Origin: Hormoscilla sp. | GTDB lineage: Bacteria; Cyanobacteriota; Cyanobacteriia; Cyanobacteriales; Desertifilaceae | Direction of reading: 5' to 3' | NCBI GenBank assembly: GCA_051439505.1 | Contig: JBFRWI010000041.1 | Span: 1-33,625, forward strand | DNA length: 33,625 nt | Shown here: piece by piece, positions 19,207-27,190 of the stretch | How positions within the stretch are numbered: the first letter of the stretch is position 1 | Layout: the number at the start of each line of letters is the position of its first letter | Position numbers and translations under genes: made by a program | Notes under the pieces: generated by a model | The model's input: only the letters and a program-made list of their open reading frames with translations | Database searches by the model: none | What the model was told of the DNA's origin: nothing

Positions 19207-19390
19207 AGAAACCGGGTTTCTCCTGAGAACTTTGGCATCGACACCAAGATGTTACTAAGAAACCCGGTTTCTCTCCCCCGCGAGGACACCCTCACGGGAC
19301 TTGACCAGAAACCGGGTTTCTTTGAGAATGTTGGCATCTCGACCAAGATGTTACTCAGAAACCCGGTTTCTCTCCCCCGCGAGTACACCC
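19207..19390. repeat. Two tandem ~100-bp units, each bounded by the palindrome AGAAACCSGGTTTCT (REPIN-like)
   Basis: Palindromes at 19207, 19258, 19307 and 19357; shared inner TTGGCATC..ACCAAGATGTTACT and tail CTCCCCCGCGAG.ACACCC. Further copies at 22408 and 22444. Confidence 0.85.
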
Positions 19391-19414
19391 GATCGCCCCT
19401 ACTATGGGATATCC

Positions 19415-21559
19415 TTACAAATCAAATGATTGCAGGTAGTTGATGATATCTGAGGCATTGCTACGGGTGGCACCATCGCCGATCGCACCTGAAATCAGAG
19501 CCTCACCTGTAGACCCGAACAGATACTTGAGAATCAACAACCCGTCTGTCAGAGCATCTGCACTACCATTCCCATCCACATCTAACATAGTCGATCGGGC
19601 TTCATCCAGGTAGGCTATTATCTCTGCTGCTGTAGTGCGTTGAGCATTAGGTCCGATGGAGTTATTAATCAGAGCAGCACCTGTGGAACCAAACAGATAT
19701 TTTAGTGCCAAAAGCCCGTCTGTCAAGGCATCCGTGTCGCCATTGCCGTCTATGTCAAGATTCACAGGGGGCGTCTCATTATCGATGATGTTGACAATGG
19801 CCGTGTTTTGGTTGCCGATCGTCCCTGAGGTGGCATTGACTAAGGTGAGATTGAGGTTTTCGGTGTCTTCTACTAAGTCGTCGTCGTTGATGGGAATGTT
19901 GATAACAGCACTGGTTTGGTCGGGAGCAAATTCTATGGGAATAGTCGTGTTATCGAAATCTATCCCATCTCCTGTCGCCGTGCCGTTACTTAACTCTACC
20001 TCTACATTAGATGTGCTGCTCGTATCCCCCGTGCGTGAGATAGTAATAGCGACTCCTTCGACGCTGCCATCTTCGGAGACTTGGTAGGTAGCTTGGGAGA
20101 ATTCTACAGTTGGTGCTGGGGGCGGCGGTTCAATTTCAGTAGTATTCAGCAGCACTGAGACATTGTTCGAGTTAAAGTTCGCAACTACCAAGTCTAGCTG
20201 ACCGTCTCCATCCAAGTCTCCCGCCGTTACAAATTCTGGCTCATCTCCTACCCTAAAGTTTGCAGAATTTGCAAAGCCTCCATCTCTAGAACCCAACAGC
20301 ACTGAGACATTGTCCGAGCCCCCGTTCGCTACCGCCAGGTCTAGTTGACCGTCTCCGTTTAAGTCTTCCACCGCTACTGATAACGGACCAGATCCTACCT
20401 GAAAGTTTGTAGCATTTGCAAAGTTTCCATCTCCAGAACCCAACAGCACTGAGACATTGTCCGACAATTGGTTCGCTACCGCCAGGTCTAACTGACCGTC
20501 CCCGTTCAAGTCTCCCACCGCTACCGACTGCGGAACATCTCCTACCGCAAAGTTGGTAGCCTCTCCAAAACTTCCATCTCCAGAGCCCAACAACACTGAT
20601 ACATTGTCGGAGTCTATGTTCGTCACCGCCAAGTCTAGCTGACCGTCGTCGTTCAAGTCTCCAACCGCTACCGATATCGGGCCAGACCCTACCTCAAAAT
20701 TGGTAGGATCTGCAAAGCTTCCATCTCCAGAACCCAAAAGCACTGAGACATTGCCCGAGAATCTGTTCGCCATCACCAAGTCTAGCTGAGCGTCTCCATC
20801 TATATCTGTCACCTTTACCGATCTCGGGCCATTTCCTACCTCCAAGTTTGTAGTCTCTCTAAAGCCTCCATTTCCAGAACCCAATAGCACTGAGATATTG
20901 TCTGAGAAGTAGTTTCCCACCACCAGGTCTAGCTGACCGTCTCCGTTCAAGTCTCCCACCGCTATAGATCTCGGAGTAGTTCCTACCCGATAGTTGACAG
21001 CATCCTCAAAGGAAACGAAAACCCCTGGATACTCCCGCACCACTGACGGCTCAAATGCTAGTCCACCCCTCATCTGACCGAGAATGTATTCAAGCAGCCA
21101 ACTTCCACCTTTTCCAGCATTACCTACCCGCTGTGCTGAGGCCGCGATATTAGCACCTGTCAGTTGGTGCAGGCGCAACAGAAATTCTTCATCGGCTGCT
21201 ACATTACAGGCATACAGTCCGATATCTGCAACTCCCCATTCCATCAGTTGCTGGCTGTATCGTGATAAATGCTCTCTATCCAGCGGCGTCTTGCCTAAAT
21301 ACAAGCAACCTGGTGCCCCGTGGCATACTACCTGTAAAGATTCTGTGGGATTATCTGCTAATGCCTGAGTGATTTGTTCGACTCCATCTGAGTTGTCGTC
21401 AAGGATGAGAACCTTTACTCCCTTACGCACTCCCCTTGCTAGCATTTGGTAGTCATCCACCCTGGGATCGATTACTACCAGAGTATTGCCTTGACTTTCT
21501 TCTAAGGTAATGGTATTGTTGCGTTCTGTGTTGTTGAGCTGATTTGTATCTGCGGCCAT
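19415..21559 (-). CDS. Putative secreted adhesin: DUF4347, six FG-GAP/VCBS repeats, Calx-beta, duplicated dockerin-like C-terminal motif
   Basis: LVVIDPRVDDYQ.L..GV...HGAPG.LYLG...YACNVA (DUF4347). Six 49-aa P.S.AVGDLNGDGQLDL.V.N..S.NVSVLLG.G.G.F repeats. VEFSQATYQVSE...DDDLVEDTE (Calx-beta). Two LD.DGNG..DALTDGLL.LKYLFG motifs. Confidence 0.9.
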   Translation of the reverse strand: MAADTNQLNNTERNNTITLEESQGNTLVVIDPRVDDYQMLARGVRKGVKVLILDDNSDGVEQITQALADNPTESLQVVCHGAPGCLYLGKTPLDREHLSRYSQQLMEWGVADIGLYACNVAADEEFLLRLHQLTGANIAASAQRVGNAGKGGSWLLEYILGQMRGGLAFEPSVVREYPGVFVSFEDAVNYRVGTTPRSIAVGDLNGDGQLDLVVGNYFSDNISVLLGSGNGGFRETTNLEVGNGPRSVKVTDIDGDAQLDLVMANRFSGNVSVLLGSGDGSFADPTNFEVGSGPISVAVGDLNDDGQLDLAVTNIDSDNVSVLLGSGDGSFGEATNFAVGDVPQSVAVGDLNGDGQLDLAVANQLSDNVSVLLGSGDGNFANATNFQVGSGPLSVAVEDLNGDGQLDLAVANGGSDNVSVLLGSRDGGFANSANFRVGDEPEFVTAGDLDGDGQLDLVVANFNSNNVSVLLNTTEIEPPPPAPTVEFSQATYQVSEDGSVEGVAITISRTGDTSSTSNVEVELSNGTATGDGIDFDNTTIPIEFAPDQTSAVINIPINDDDLVEDTENLNLTLVNATSGTIGNQNTAIVNIIDNETPPVNLDIDGNGDTDALTDGLLALKYLFGSTGAALINNSIGPNAQRTTAAEIIAYLDEARSTMLDVDGNGSADALTDGLLILKYLFGSTGEALISGAIGDGATRSNASDIINYLQSFDL

Positions 21560-21684
21560 ATCTCTCTCCTGAGATTGTTTTAATTTTTCCCTACAACAGA
21601 TCGTCCTATGGTGCCGCCATCTACCGGTAGGGTGACATCACCCACACAGCTAGCTTATTCCATCTGCTCAAAGCTGACCATCCC

Positions 21685-21793
21685 AAAAAGTTGGAAAAAG
21701 TTGGATATTTTTCCAATTACGGGAAAAAATCCGCAGGAGAAACCATAAAGTTGGAAAAAGTTGGAAAAAGTTGGAAAAATATGGTGGTAAGAT
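21685..21793 (+). promoter_or_regulatory. Phased 10-bp direct repeats (AAAAAGTTGG x5 plus one inverted copy) and an extended -10 box in a divergent promoter region
   Basis: Copies at 21685 and 21695, inverted at 21708-21718, three more at 21747-21779. TG-G-TAAGAT at 21785-21793, 30 bp before ATG 21824. Confidence 0.6.
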
Positions 21794-21823
21794 AGAGATC
21801 TCTATCGCACTTGCATACCCACT

Positions 21824-22327
21824 ATGGACATTCCTCAGATATTAGACTATGTGGATGAAGCTGTCTGGGCCAAGACTGGCGAACATCTCAATGACTTGCA
21901 GCGGAGAATTATCGCGGGCATCCTACAGCGGCAAACCTATGCTGAGGTGGCCCAAAATAATAGATATAGCGAAAAGCACGTTAAAAAAGCCAGTCACCAG
22001 CTTTTGCAAATGCTATCTGATGTGTTTGGCGAACACGTTAAGAAAAGTAATTTGGAATCTGTGCTAGAACGGCAGATAAATGTCAATATAACTTTTGGTA
22101 ATAAAAACAATCCTAAAAATATTATAAGTATAGGCAGCATCAATAATTGCCCGGATCCCTCCCCTGCTACCCCAGATAAAAGTCAGCCTGCAACTCCCGA
22201 CGGGCAGCAGGACAGCAATAACCATATTAATATTGAAACAATTGATAAATTACGGGGGTTTGGCTTGAGGGACGAACAAATTGCCGAGGCCCTCGGGCTG
22301 CCCTTGGAAGTGGTTGAGGAAATATGA
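21824..22327 (+). CDS. Small HTH protein resembling the N-terminal HTH of cyanobacterial NB-ARC/NACHT/AAA proteins, without the ATPase
   Basis: V..KTGEHLNDLQ..I..G.LQ.QTY.EVA....YSE.HVK...LL..LS..FGE.VKK.N. C-terminal GLRDEQIAEALGLPLEVVE helix-turn-helix-like tail. Confidence 0.75.
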   Translation: MDIPQILDYVDEAVWAKTGEHLNDLQRRIIAGILQRQTYAEVAQNNRYSEKHVKKASHQLLQMLSDVFGEHVKKSNLESVLERQINVNITFGNKNNPKNIISIGSINNCPDPSPATPDKSQPATPDGQQDSNNHINIETIDKLRGFGLRDEQIAEALGLPLEVVEEI

Positions 22328-22506
22328 GGCTTTGCCCGCTAACCACGGAGATTAATTCTCTAGTTTCCAGAGTCTTCTCGTTCCCAGTCCCTCTGACTAT
22401 CGCGGCCAGAAACCCGGTTTCTCTACTCCCGGCGAGTTGGCCCAGAAACCGGGTTTAATTCGTTACAAAGGTTACGGTAGGCGATGCCCACCCTACAGTA
22501 ACATTC

Positions 22507-22899
22507 TCACGATTCAAAAGTAATCAGTCCTGGATCCTGTTGAAAGCAAATCTTGAATCTATCAAAGATACCCATTTTTCCTAAGACATTAAAATCCACC
22601 CCCAGTTGCTGAGAAAATCCTAGGGGACAGGTAAATCGCTCCCTTCCTAATTGCACCTCCAACTCATGCAAATATATTAGGATAAAGCTACCATCTCCCA
22701 CTTGCAAACTTATTCTGTTTCCCGTGCGGTAATTGAACCCAACGATATCAGCAATTTCCGATCTGAGAATGCTATATTCAGATCCTGAATCTACATAAAA
22801 ATCAAATGGATACCACTTATTTTGCAGCTTCAACCCAATAGAAATTATTGGCTGTAAGCGGCCATTCACTTTTTGGTATTGAAATCGAATCTGTGTCAT
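22507..22899 (-). CDS. Single-domain retropepsin-like aspartyl protease
   Basis: FYVDSGSEYS catalytic DSG motif and NVLG.MGIFDRFKICF C-terminal motif. Confidence 0.82.
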   Translation of the reverse strand: MTQIRFQYQKVNGRLQPIISIGLKLQNKWYPFDFYVDSGSEYSILRSEIADIVGFNYRTGNRISLQVGDGSFILIYLHELEVQLGRERFTCPLGFSQQLGVDFNVLGKMGIFDRFKICFQQDPGLITFES

Positions 22900-22912
22900 G
22901 GCATTAATAGGG

Positions 22913-23164
22913 CTAGATCAGAAATCCATCAGCTAAATCATCTGGGTGCGGCACTTTTAAGACCAGCGGCATTACCGATCGTTCATCTTTCAAGAAAGGA
23001 CGGTATACCTCACCATAATCAATTCCTACCGCGATCACTTGACCATCCTCAATAGCTACCACTTTTCCTGGGTACTTTTCGATCAGTTCATCATAATGTT
23101 CTGCCATGAAATCATTATGCTTCTCCAATATCTCCGCTAATTCCTCTACTCCTACTTCACTCAT
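22913..23164 (-). CDS. DUF5678-like small protein
   Basis: HYDELIEKYPGKVVAIEDGQVIAVG.DY.EV pattern; ATG 23164 with GGAG upstream. Confidence 0.75.
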   Translation of the reverse strand: MSEVGVEELAEILEKHNDFMAEHYDELIEKYPGKVVAIEDGQVIAVGIDYGEVYRPFLKDERSVMPLVLKVPHPDDLADGFLI

Positions 23165-23408
23165 TGCTATTCTCCTGTTACAACTATTATCACCGGGTGC
23201 ATTCCTCCCAGGTACTTTCTCATTATACTGTATTTTTTATTATGTGGCAACTTTTTTCCTCCTACCGCCCATACGGTCAGGGACTCATCACCATCGTCTT
23301 AACACATCCCAATCTCTCAATTGCTCAATTCTCAATTTGCCAATACTGTAGCCGCTCCGAGCAAAAAAAGCTATCATAGATGAAGTCGTCAACAGCCACT
23401 GTAGCAAG

Positions 23409-24431
23409 ATGTCTAATTTAGTTGAACGCTTAAACGCTACGGCCCATCCTCGACTGGAAAGAACCCTAGGCTATCAAGCTAATAGTCGTTGGGTCGCTTG
23501 GCACTGGGAACCCCAACTCAACCAAGTTATGCACAATGATGGGGAAAATATTGGCACCGGTAATGGTGTCGCCTGGCAGATTTTCCTGCAACACCCCCAA
23601 GTCAGCCCCTCGGTGCAAGACTATAACCTGGGCGCAGCAGACCAATACTGGATGTTGTTAGACCGGTATAGCAGAAATCTCTATGTAGGTCTGGGGCCTG
23701 ACGTGCAAAGTCTGCTGGAAGCACCGGAAAGTTTGGCATTGTTGGCCTCTCTGGATGGCAGCAACAATTTCTTCAGTGAAACCGCTGATGCCCTCAAGGA
23801 TAGCTGGGAACGCTTGACTAACTCTGAGGGTGTCCGCAACCTGAGAAATTCTATCCCTCTCGGGGTCGGTGTCGCTTTACTCGCTGCCGTGGGTATCGGT
23901 GGTTGGTATTGGTTGAAGCCAATTATGGAACGGCAGCCAGCTGCAACAGAAACTCCTCTAGTTGCCTGCGGTACCGGTGGTTCGGGAGATTTTTCGGCCT
24001 ATTTTGCCCCCGCTATGGGTTCTCAAGAACTGCACGTGATTAGCGTCTATGAAGCCCGATCGGACCATCGTGCGGGATATCATCCCACGGGACTGGTGGA
24101 GGTGAAGGTCCAACGTCAAGAGAAACCCATTATTCTGGCTTTGTCTGCCTATGAACCGGTGCATTGGAATGTCACCCTGGAGCCGGGAGTGAAAGTCGAG
24201 TACATTATCCTCAATGGATATCACCAGCAAAGCATCTCAGGGGTTGACGGGGTTCCCGTTGACAAGTACATTCATAGAGGGATTCGGTCTCGTTCCGGTC
24301 ACTTCTCCTACAAATGGCTGAATAGCTTGGAATACAAGCCTTTGCTCGTTCAGAGACTGGAGCAGTACACTAGGACTAAACTGACTTCTTTTCAAGGATG
24401 CTACCGGGGTACTAGCTTCCAACTGAAATAA
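23409..24431 (+). CDS. Hypothetical single-pass membrane protein
   Basis: 340-aa ORF with TM segment IPLGVGVALLAAVGIGGWYWL and C-terminal domain ELHVISVYE...KPIILALSAYEPVHW...ILNGY...FQGCYRG. Confidence 0.82.
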   Translation: MSNLVERLNATAHPRLERTLGYQANSRWVAWHWEPQLNQVMHNDGENIGTGNGVAWQIFLQHPQVSPSVQDYNLGAADQYWMLLDRYSRNLYVGLGPDVQSLLEAPESLALLASLDGSNNFFSETADALKDSWERLTNSEGVRNLRNSIPLGVGVALLAAVGIGGWYWLKPIMERQPAATETPLVACGTGGSGDFSAYFAPAMGSQELHVISVYEARSDHRAGYHPTGLVEVKVQRQEKPIILALSAYEPVHWNVTLEPGVKVEYIILNGYHQQSISGVDGVPVDKYIHRGIRSRSGHFSYKWLNSLEYKPLLVQRLEQYTRTKLTSFQGCYRGTSFQLK

Positions 24432-24551
24432 TTGCAGTCGGTGGGCCCTGCCCACCCGATGGCCACAAATAGCCGAAATCTTAAATTTTTGTCAATCTCG
24501 ACCAAAAATTGTGGCAATCTTACCCTAGAGTGCTATAGTAGGAAAATGTTA

Positions 24552-24624
24552 GGGCACGTAGCTCAGTGGATAGAGCACCAGATTCCGGTTCTGGGTGTCG
24601 GGGGTTCAAATCCCTCCGTGCTCG
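24552..24624 (+). tRNA. trnR-CCG: tRNA-Arg(CCG)
   Basis: GGGCACG TAGCTCAGTGGATAGAGCA CCAGA TT CCG GT TCTGG GTGTC GGGGG TTCAAAT CCCTC CGTGCTC G; complete cloverleaf, CCA not encoded. Confidence 0.96.
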
Positions 24625-24657
24625 TTTGTAGTTGGCCGGTTGAGTCGATAAGCCTCC

Positions 24658-24716
24658 TAGCCCGCCGTGGGTTCAAACCCTAAGGCTTTCAGCTTAAGTG
24701 GGTTAAAACCCACTGG
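24658..24716 (+). repeat. Second copy of the 59-bp two-hairpin dispersed repeat
   Basis: TAGCCC-GCCGTGGGT TCAA ACCCTAAGGC-TTTCAGCTTA-AGTGGGTT AA AACCCACT-GG. Confidence 0.8.
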
Positions 24717-24764
24717 AACCCTTGTCGTTAACTCGATGAGCGCCCATTTTTGTGGACTTTTGCT

Positions 24765-24919
24765 CAACGTGAGTTCGACAGCCGCGATAACCCTGATTTC
24801 ACGTCGGGTTGAAAATGCCTCAAACCCGCATGATTGCGTTCGGGAGATCCCCAACTACGAACTACGAACCGCGCAGCGTTGCGAGGTACGAAGCAATCTC
24901 GAACTACGAACTCACGTTG
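24765..24919. mobile_element. Putative MITE or IS remnant with 13-bp perfect terminal inverted repeats
   Basis: CAACGTGAGTTCG (24765-24777) and CGAACTCACGTTG (24907-24919); no transposase ORF and no clear target-site duplication. Confidence 0.55.
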
Positions 24920-25093
24920 GTCGGATCGTCTCCCCGCCAACGGAGAACTCCGAACTCCGTTACGAAGTGCGCGCAGCGCTACTCCGAACTCCGAGGGCTG
25001 CTTACCTTGTGCTAGCCTGAGTTTGGCACCATAAAGCGTCATATCCACCGGCGTCTTGCCTGGTGTCTGCTCCGAATCCCTTGCTTGATATAC

Positions 25094-27142
25094 ATGTGGC
25101 AGCGCAGTGGACCCCATAGAGAAACGAAAAGTGGTTGGAGTTTAAGTGCTAAACTGACAGCAGCCTATTCACTCTTAATTTTATTGGCCGCTGGGGGCTT
25201 GACATCCAGTCTTTATCTACAATTGCGCCGGGCACAGCGTCAGGCAATTCGCTCCCGCCTACAGGATATTGTCAGTCTCGCGGCGCCGCAAATAGATAGG
25301 GACTATCACGCCCTGATCCTGACGAACGATGATGTAGACCGCCCCTATTATCGGATTATTGAGCAGCGCCTGAAAGAGATTCAAGCAAGCAGTGATGCGA
25401 TCGAGCGTATCTATACCCTGCGGCAGAAACCTGACGGGGATATTGTGGTAGTGATAAACTACGCGCCACCGCCCTACGAAAGGGTTGCTGTCGGCAAAAA
25501 ACTCGACTCGCTGACACCGCTACTTCAAGCTGGATTAAATAGCATCAAAGGGCCTGTAGTAGAAGAAAAACTGCGGCAAAACTCCGCTGGCAAACCCGTG
25601 GTCTACGGTTACGCGCCCATTATCACCTCCCTGGGCGTTCATGAGGGAGTGCTAGCAATACAACTAGATGCTTCTGCTGTCGTCAAGAGTGAAGTCCAAG
25701 CCAGAAATATCGCCCTGCTCAACTTTTTCGGAACCCTACCTGTTGCCCTAGCTGTGGGGTGGTGGTTGGCTAAACGCCTCACCTCGCCCGTGGCAAAACT
25801 GGTAGTCGCCGCCGAACAAATTGCTCTGGGAAAGTTGGATACTGTTGTATCGGTGCAGACGGCAGATGAGATCGGACTGCTTGCCGATAGCTTTAACCGC
25901 ATGAGTTCCGAATTGCAGATTCTCTACGGACGCTTGCAGGATCATTTAAGCATAGTGGTTGAACATGCTCCGATCGTGCTTTTTGCTCTCAACCGCCAAG
26001 GGGAGTATACTCTAGCAAAGGGGAAAGGTTTGTCAGCTTTAGGACGCCAGCCATCAGAAATTGTCGGACAGGCGATCGCAGATGTCTACTCTGAGGTGCC
26101 AGAGATTTCCGAGACGATCGGACGGGCATTGGCGGGGGAAAAGTTTACTTCCATTCTCGAAATGGCGGGGTTAACCTTTGAGGTTTGGCTATCTCCCTTG
26201 CAGGACCAGAACGGCGAAATAACTGGCGTCATCGGCGTTTCTCACGATATAACCGATCTCAAGCAGTCGGAAGCGAAGGAACGGGAGAAGTCCCAACAGC
26301 TTGCCCAGGCCGTGCAACAGTTACAACAAGCTCAAGCTCAGTTGGTTCACAGTGAGAAAATGTCTAGTCTGGGTCAATTGGTGGCAGGTATCGCCCATGA
26401 AATTAATAACCCGGTTAGCTTCATCTACGGCAATCTTTTCCATATAACTGATTATACTGATGATTTGCTGGAATTGTTGGCACTATACCAAGAAGCATTG
26501 CCCGAACCGACAGCAGAGATAGAATCGCAAATTGAGGATATGGATCTAGATTATATCACAGAAGATTTGCCGAAACTGATAAACTCCATTAAGACAGGAG
26601 CCGATCGGATCAAAGAAATTGTCCGATCGCTGCGGAATTTCTCTCGGTTGGACGAGACGGGCATTAAAACTGTAGACTTGCATACAGGTCTGGACAGCAC
26701 CCTGATGATTTTGCAGCACCGACTGAAACATATTTCTGTGGTGAAGGAATATGGAGAACTGCCCGATGTCAAGTGCGATCCCGGGCAGCTCAACCAGGTG
26801 TTTATGAATATCCTATCCAATGCGATCGATGCTTTAGAATTGGAAGTAGGAGAATTTTGCTCCTCGTCAAGTCCGACCATCTCTATTCGGACTACAATGC
26901 CGGACGACCAGCGGGTGAAAATCGCCTTTGTCGATAATGGCCCGGGCATGACTGAAGATGTGCGATCGCGCATGTTCGATCCGTTTTTCACCACCAAGAA
27001 AGTTGGTGCGGGGACGGGGATGGGAATGTCCATTAGCTATTCTATTGTCGTGGATCAACACAAAGGGAAACTTTATTGTATATCAGCGCCAGGAAAGGGG
27101 ACAGAGTTGGTCATGGAAATACCCATCTCGGGGAATTGCTAA
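25094..27142 (+). CDS. Membrane sensor histidine kinase (periplasmic sensor, HAMP, PAS, HisKA, HATPase_c)
   Basis: Two TM segments, DEIGLLADSFNRM (HAMP), PAS ending GVSHDIT, EKMSSLGQLVAGIAHEINNP (H box), QVFMNILSNAIDA, DNGPGM, FDPFFTTK, GTGMGMSISY. The track starts at TTG 25085. Confidence 0.95.
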   Translation: MWQRSGPHRETKSGWSLSAKLTAAYSLLILLAAGGLTSSLYLQLRRAQRQAIRSRLQDIVSLAAPQIDRDYHALILTNDDVDRPYYRIIEQRLKEIQASSDAIERIYTLRQKPDGDIVVVINYAPPPYERVAVGKKLDSLTPLLQAGLNSIKGPVVEEKLRQNSAGKPVVYGYAPIITSLGVHEGVLAIQLDASAVVKSEVQARNIALLNFFGTLPVALAVGWWLAKRLTSPVAKLVVAAEQIALGKLDTVVSVQTADEIGLLADSFNRMSSELQILYGRLQDHLSIVVEHAPIVLFALNRQGEYTLAKGKGLSALGRQPSEIVGQAIADVYSEVPEISETIGRALAGEKFTSILEMAGLTFEVWLSPLQDQNGEITGVIGVSHDITDLKQSEAKEREKSQQLAQAVQQLQQAQAQLVHSEKMSSLGQLVAGIAHEINNPVSFIYGNLFHITDYTDDLLELLALYQEALPEPTAEIESQIEDMDLDYITEDLPKLINSIKTGADRIKEIVRSLRNFSRLDETGIKTVDLHTGLDSTLMILQHRLKHISVVKEYGELPDVKCDPGQLNQVFMNILSNAIDALELEVGEFCSSSSPTISIRTTMPDDQRVKIAFVDNGPGMTEDVRSRMFDPFFTTKKVGAGTGMGMSISYSIVVDQHKGKLYCISAPGKGTELVMEIPISGNC

Positions 27143-27180
27143 TCGATAATCGATAATTGATAATTGATAATTAATAATTG
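27140..27180 (+). repeat. Heptamer tandem repeat (TAATYGA) x6, beginning at the kinase stop codon
   Basis: taatcga taatcga taattga taattga taattaa taattg. Confidence 0.85.
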
Positions 27181-27190
27181 TTAAATTTAT

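Noticed and set aside
19113..19443. ORFs 19113..19388 and 19177..19443, or a mini-CRISPR
   Set aside because: They are translations of the AGAAACCSGGTTTCT repeat units, and the inner sequences are near-identical rather than unique spacers.
17923..24624. Prophage or integrase-driven island at tRNA-Arg
   Set aside because: No integrase or phage genes, no duplicated tRNA 3' end found, and the tRNA 3' end points away from the block.
24432..25117. Several overlapping short ORFs around tRNA-Arg
   Set aside because: They overlap the tRNA and the repeat mosaic; the peptides are repeat-derived (NYELRT, NSELR).
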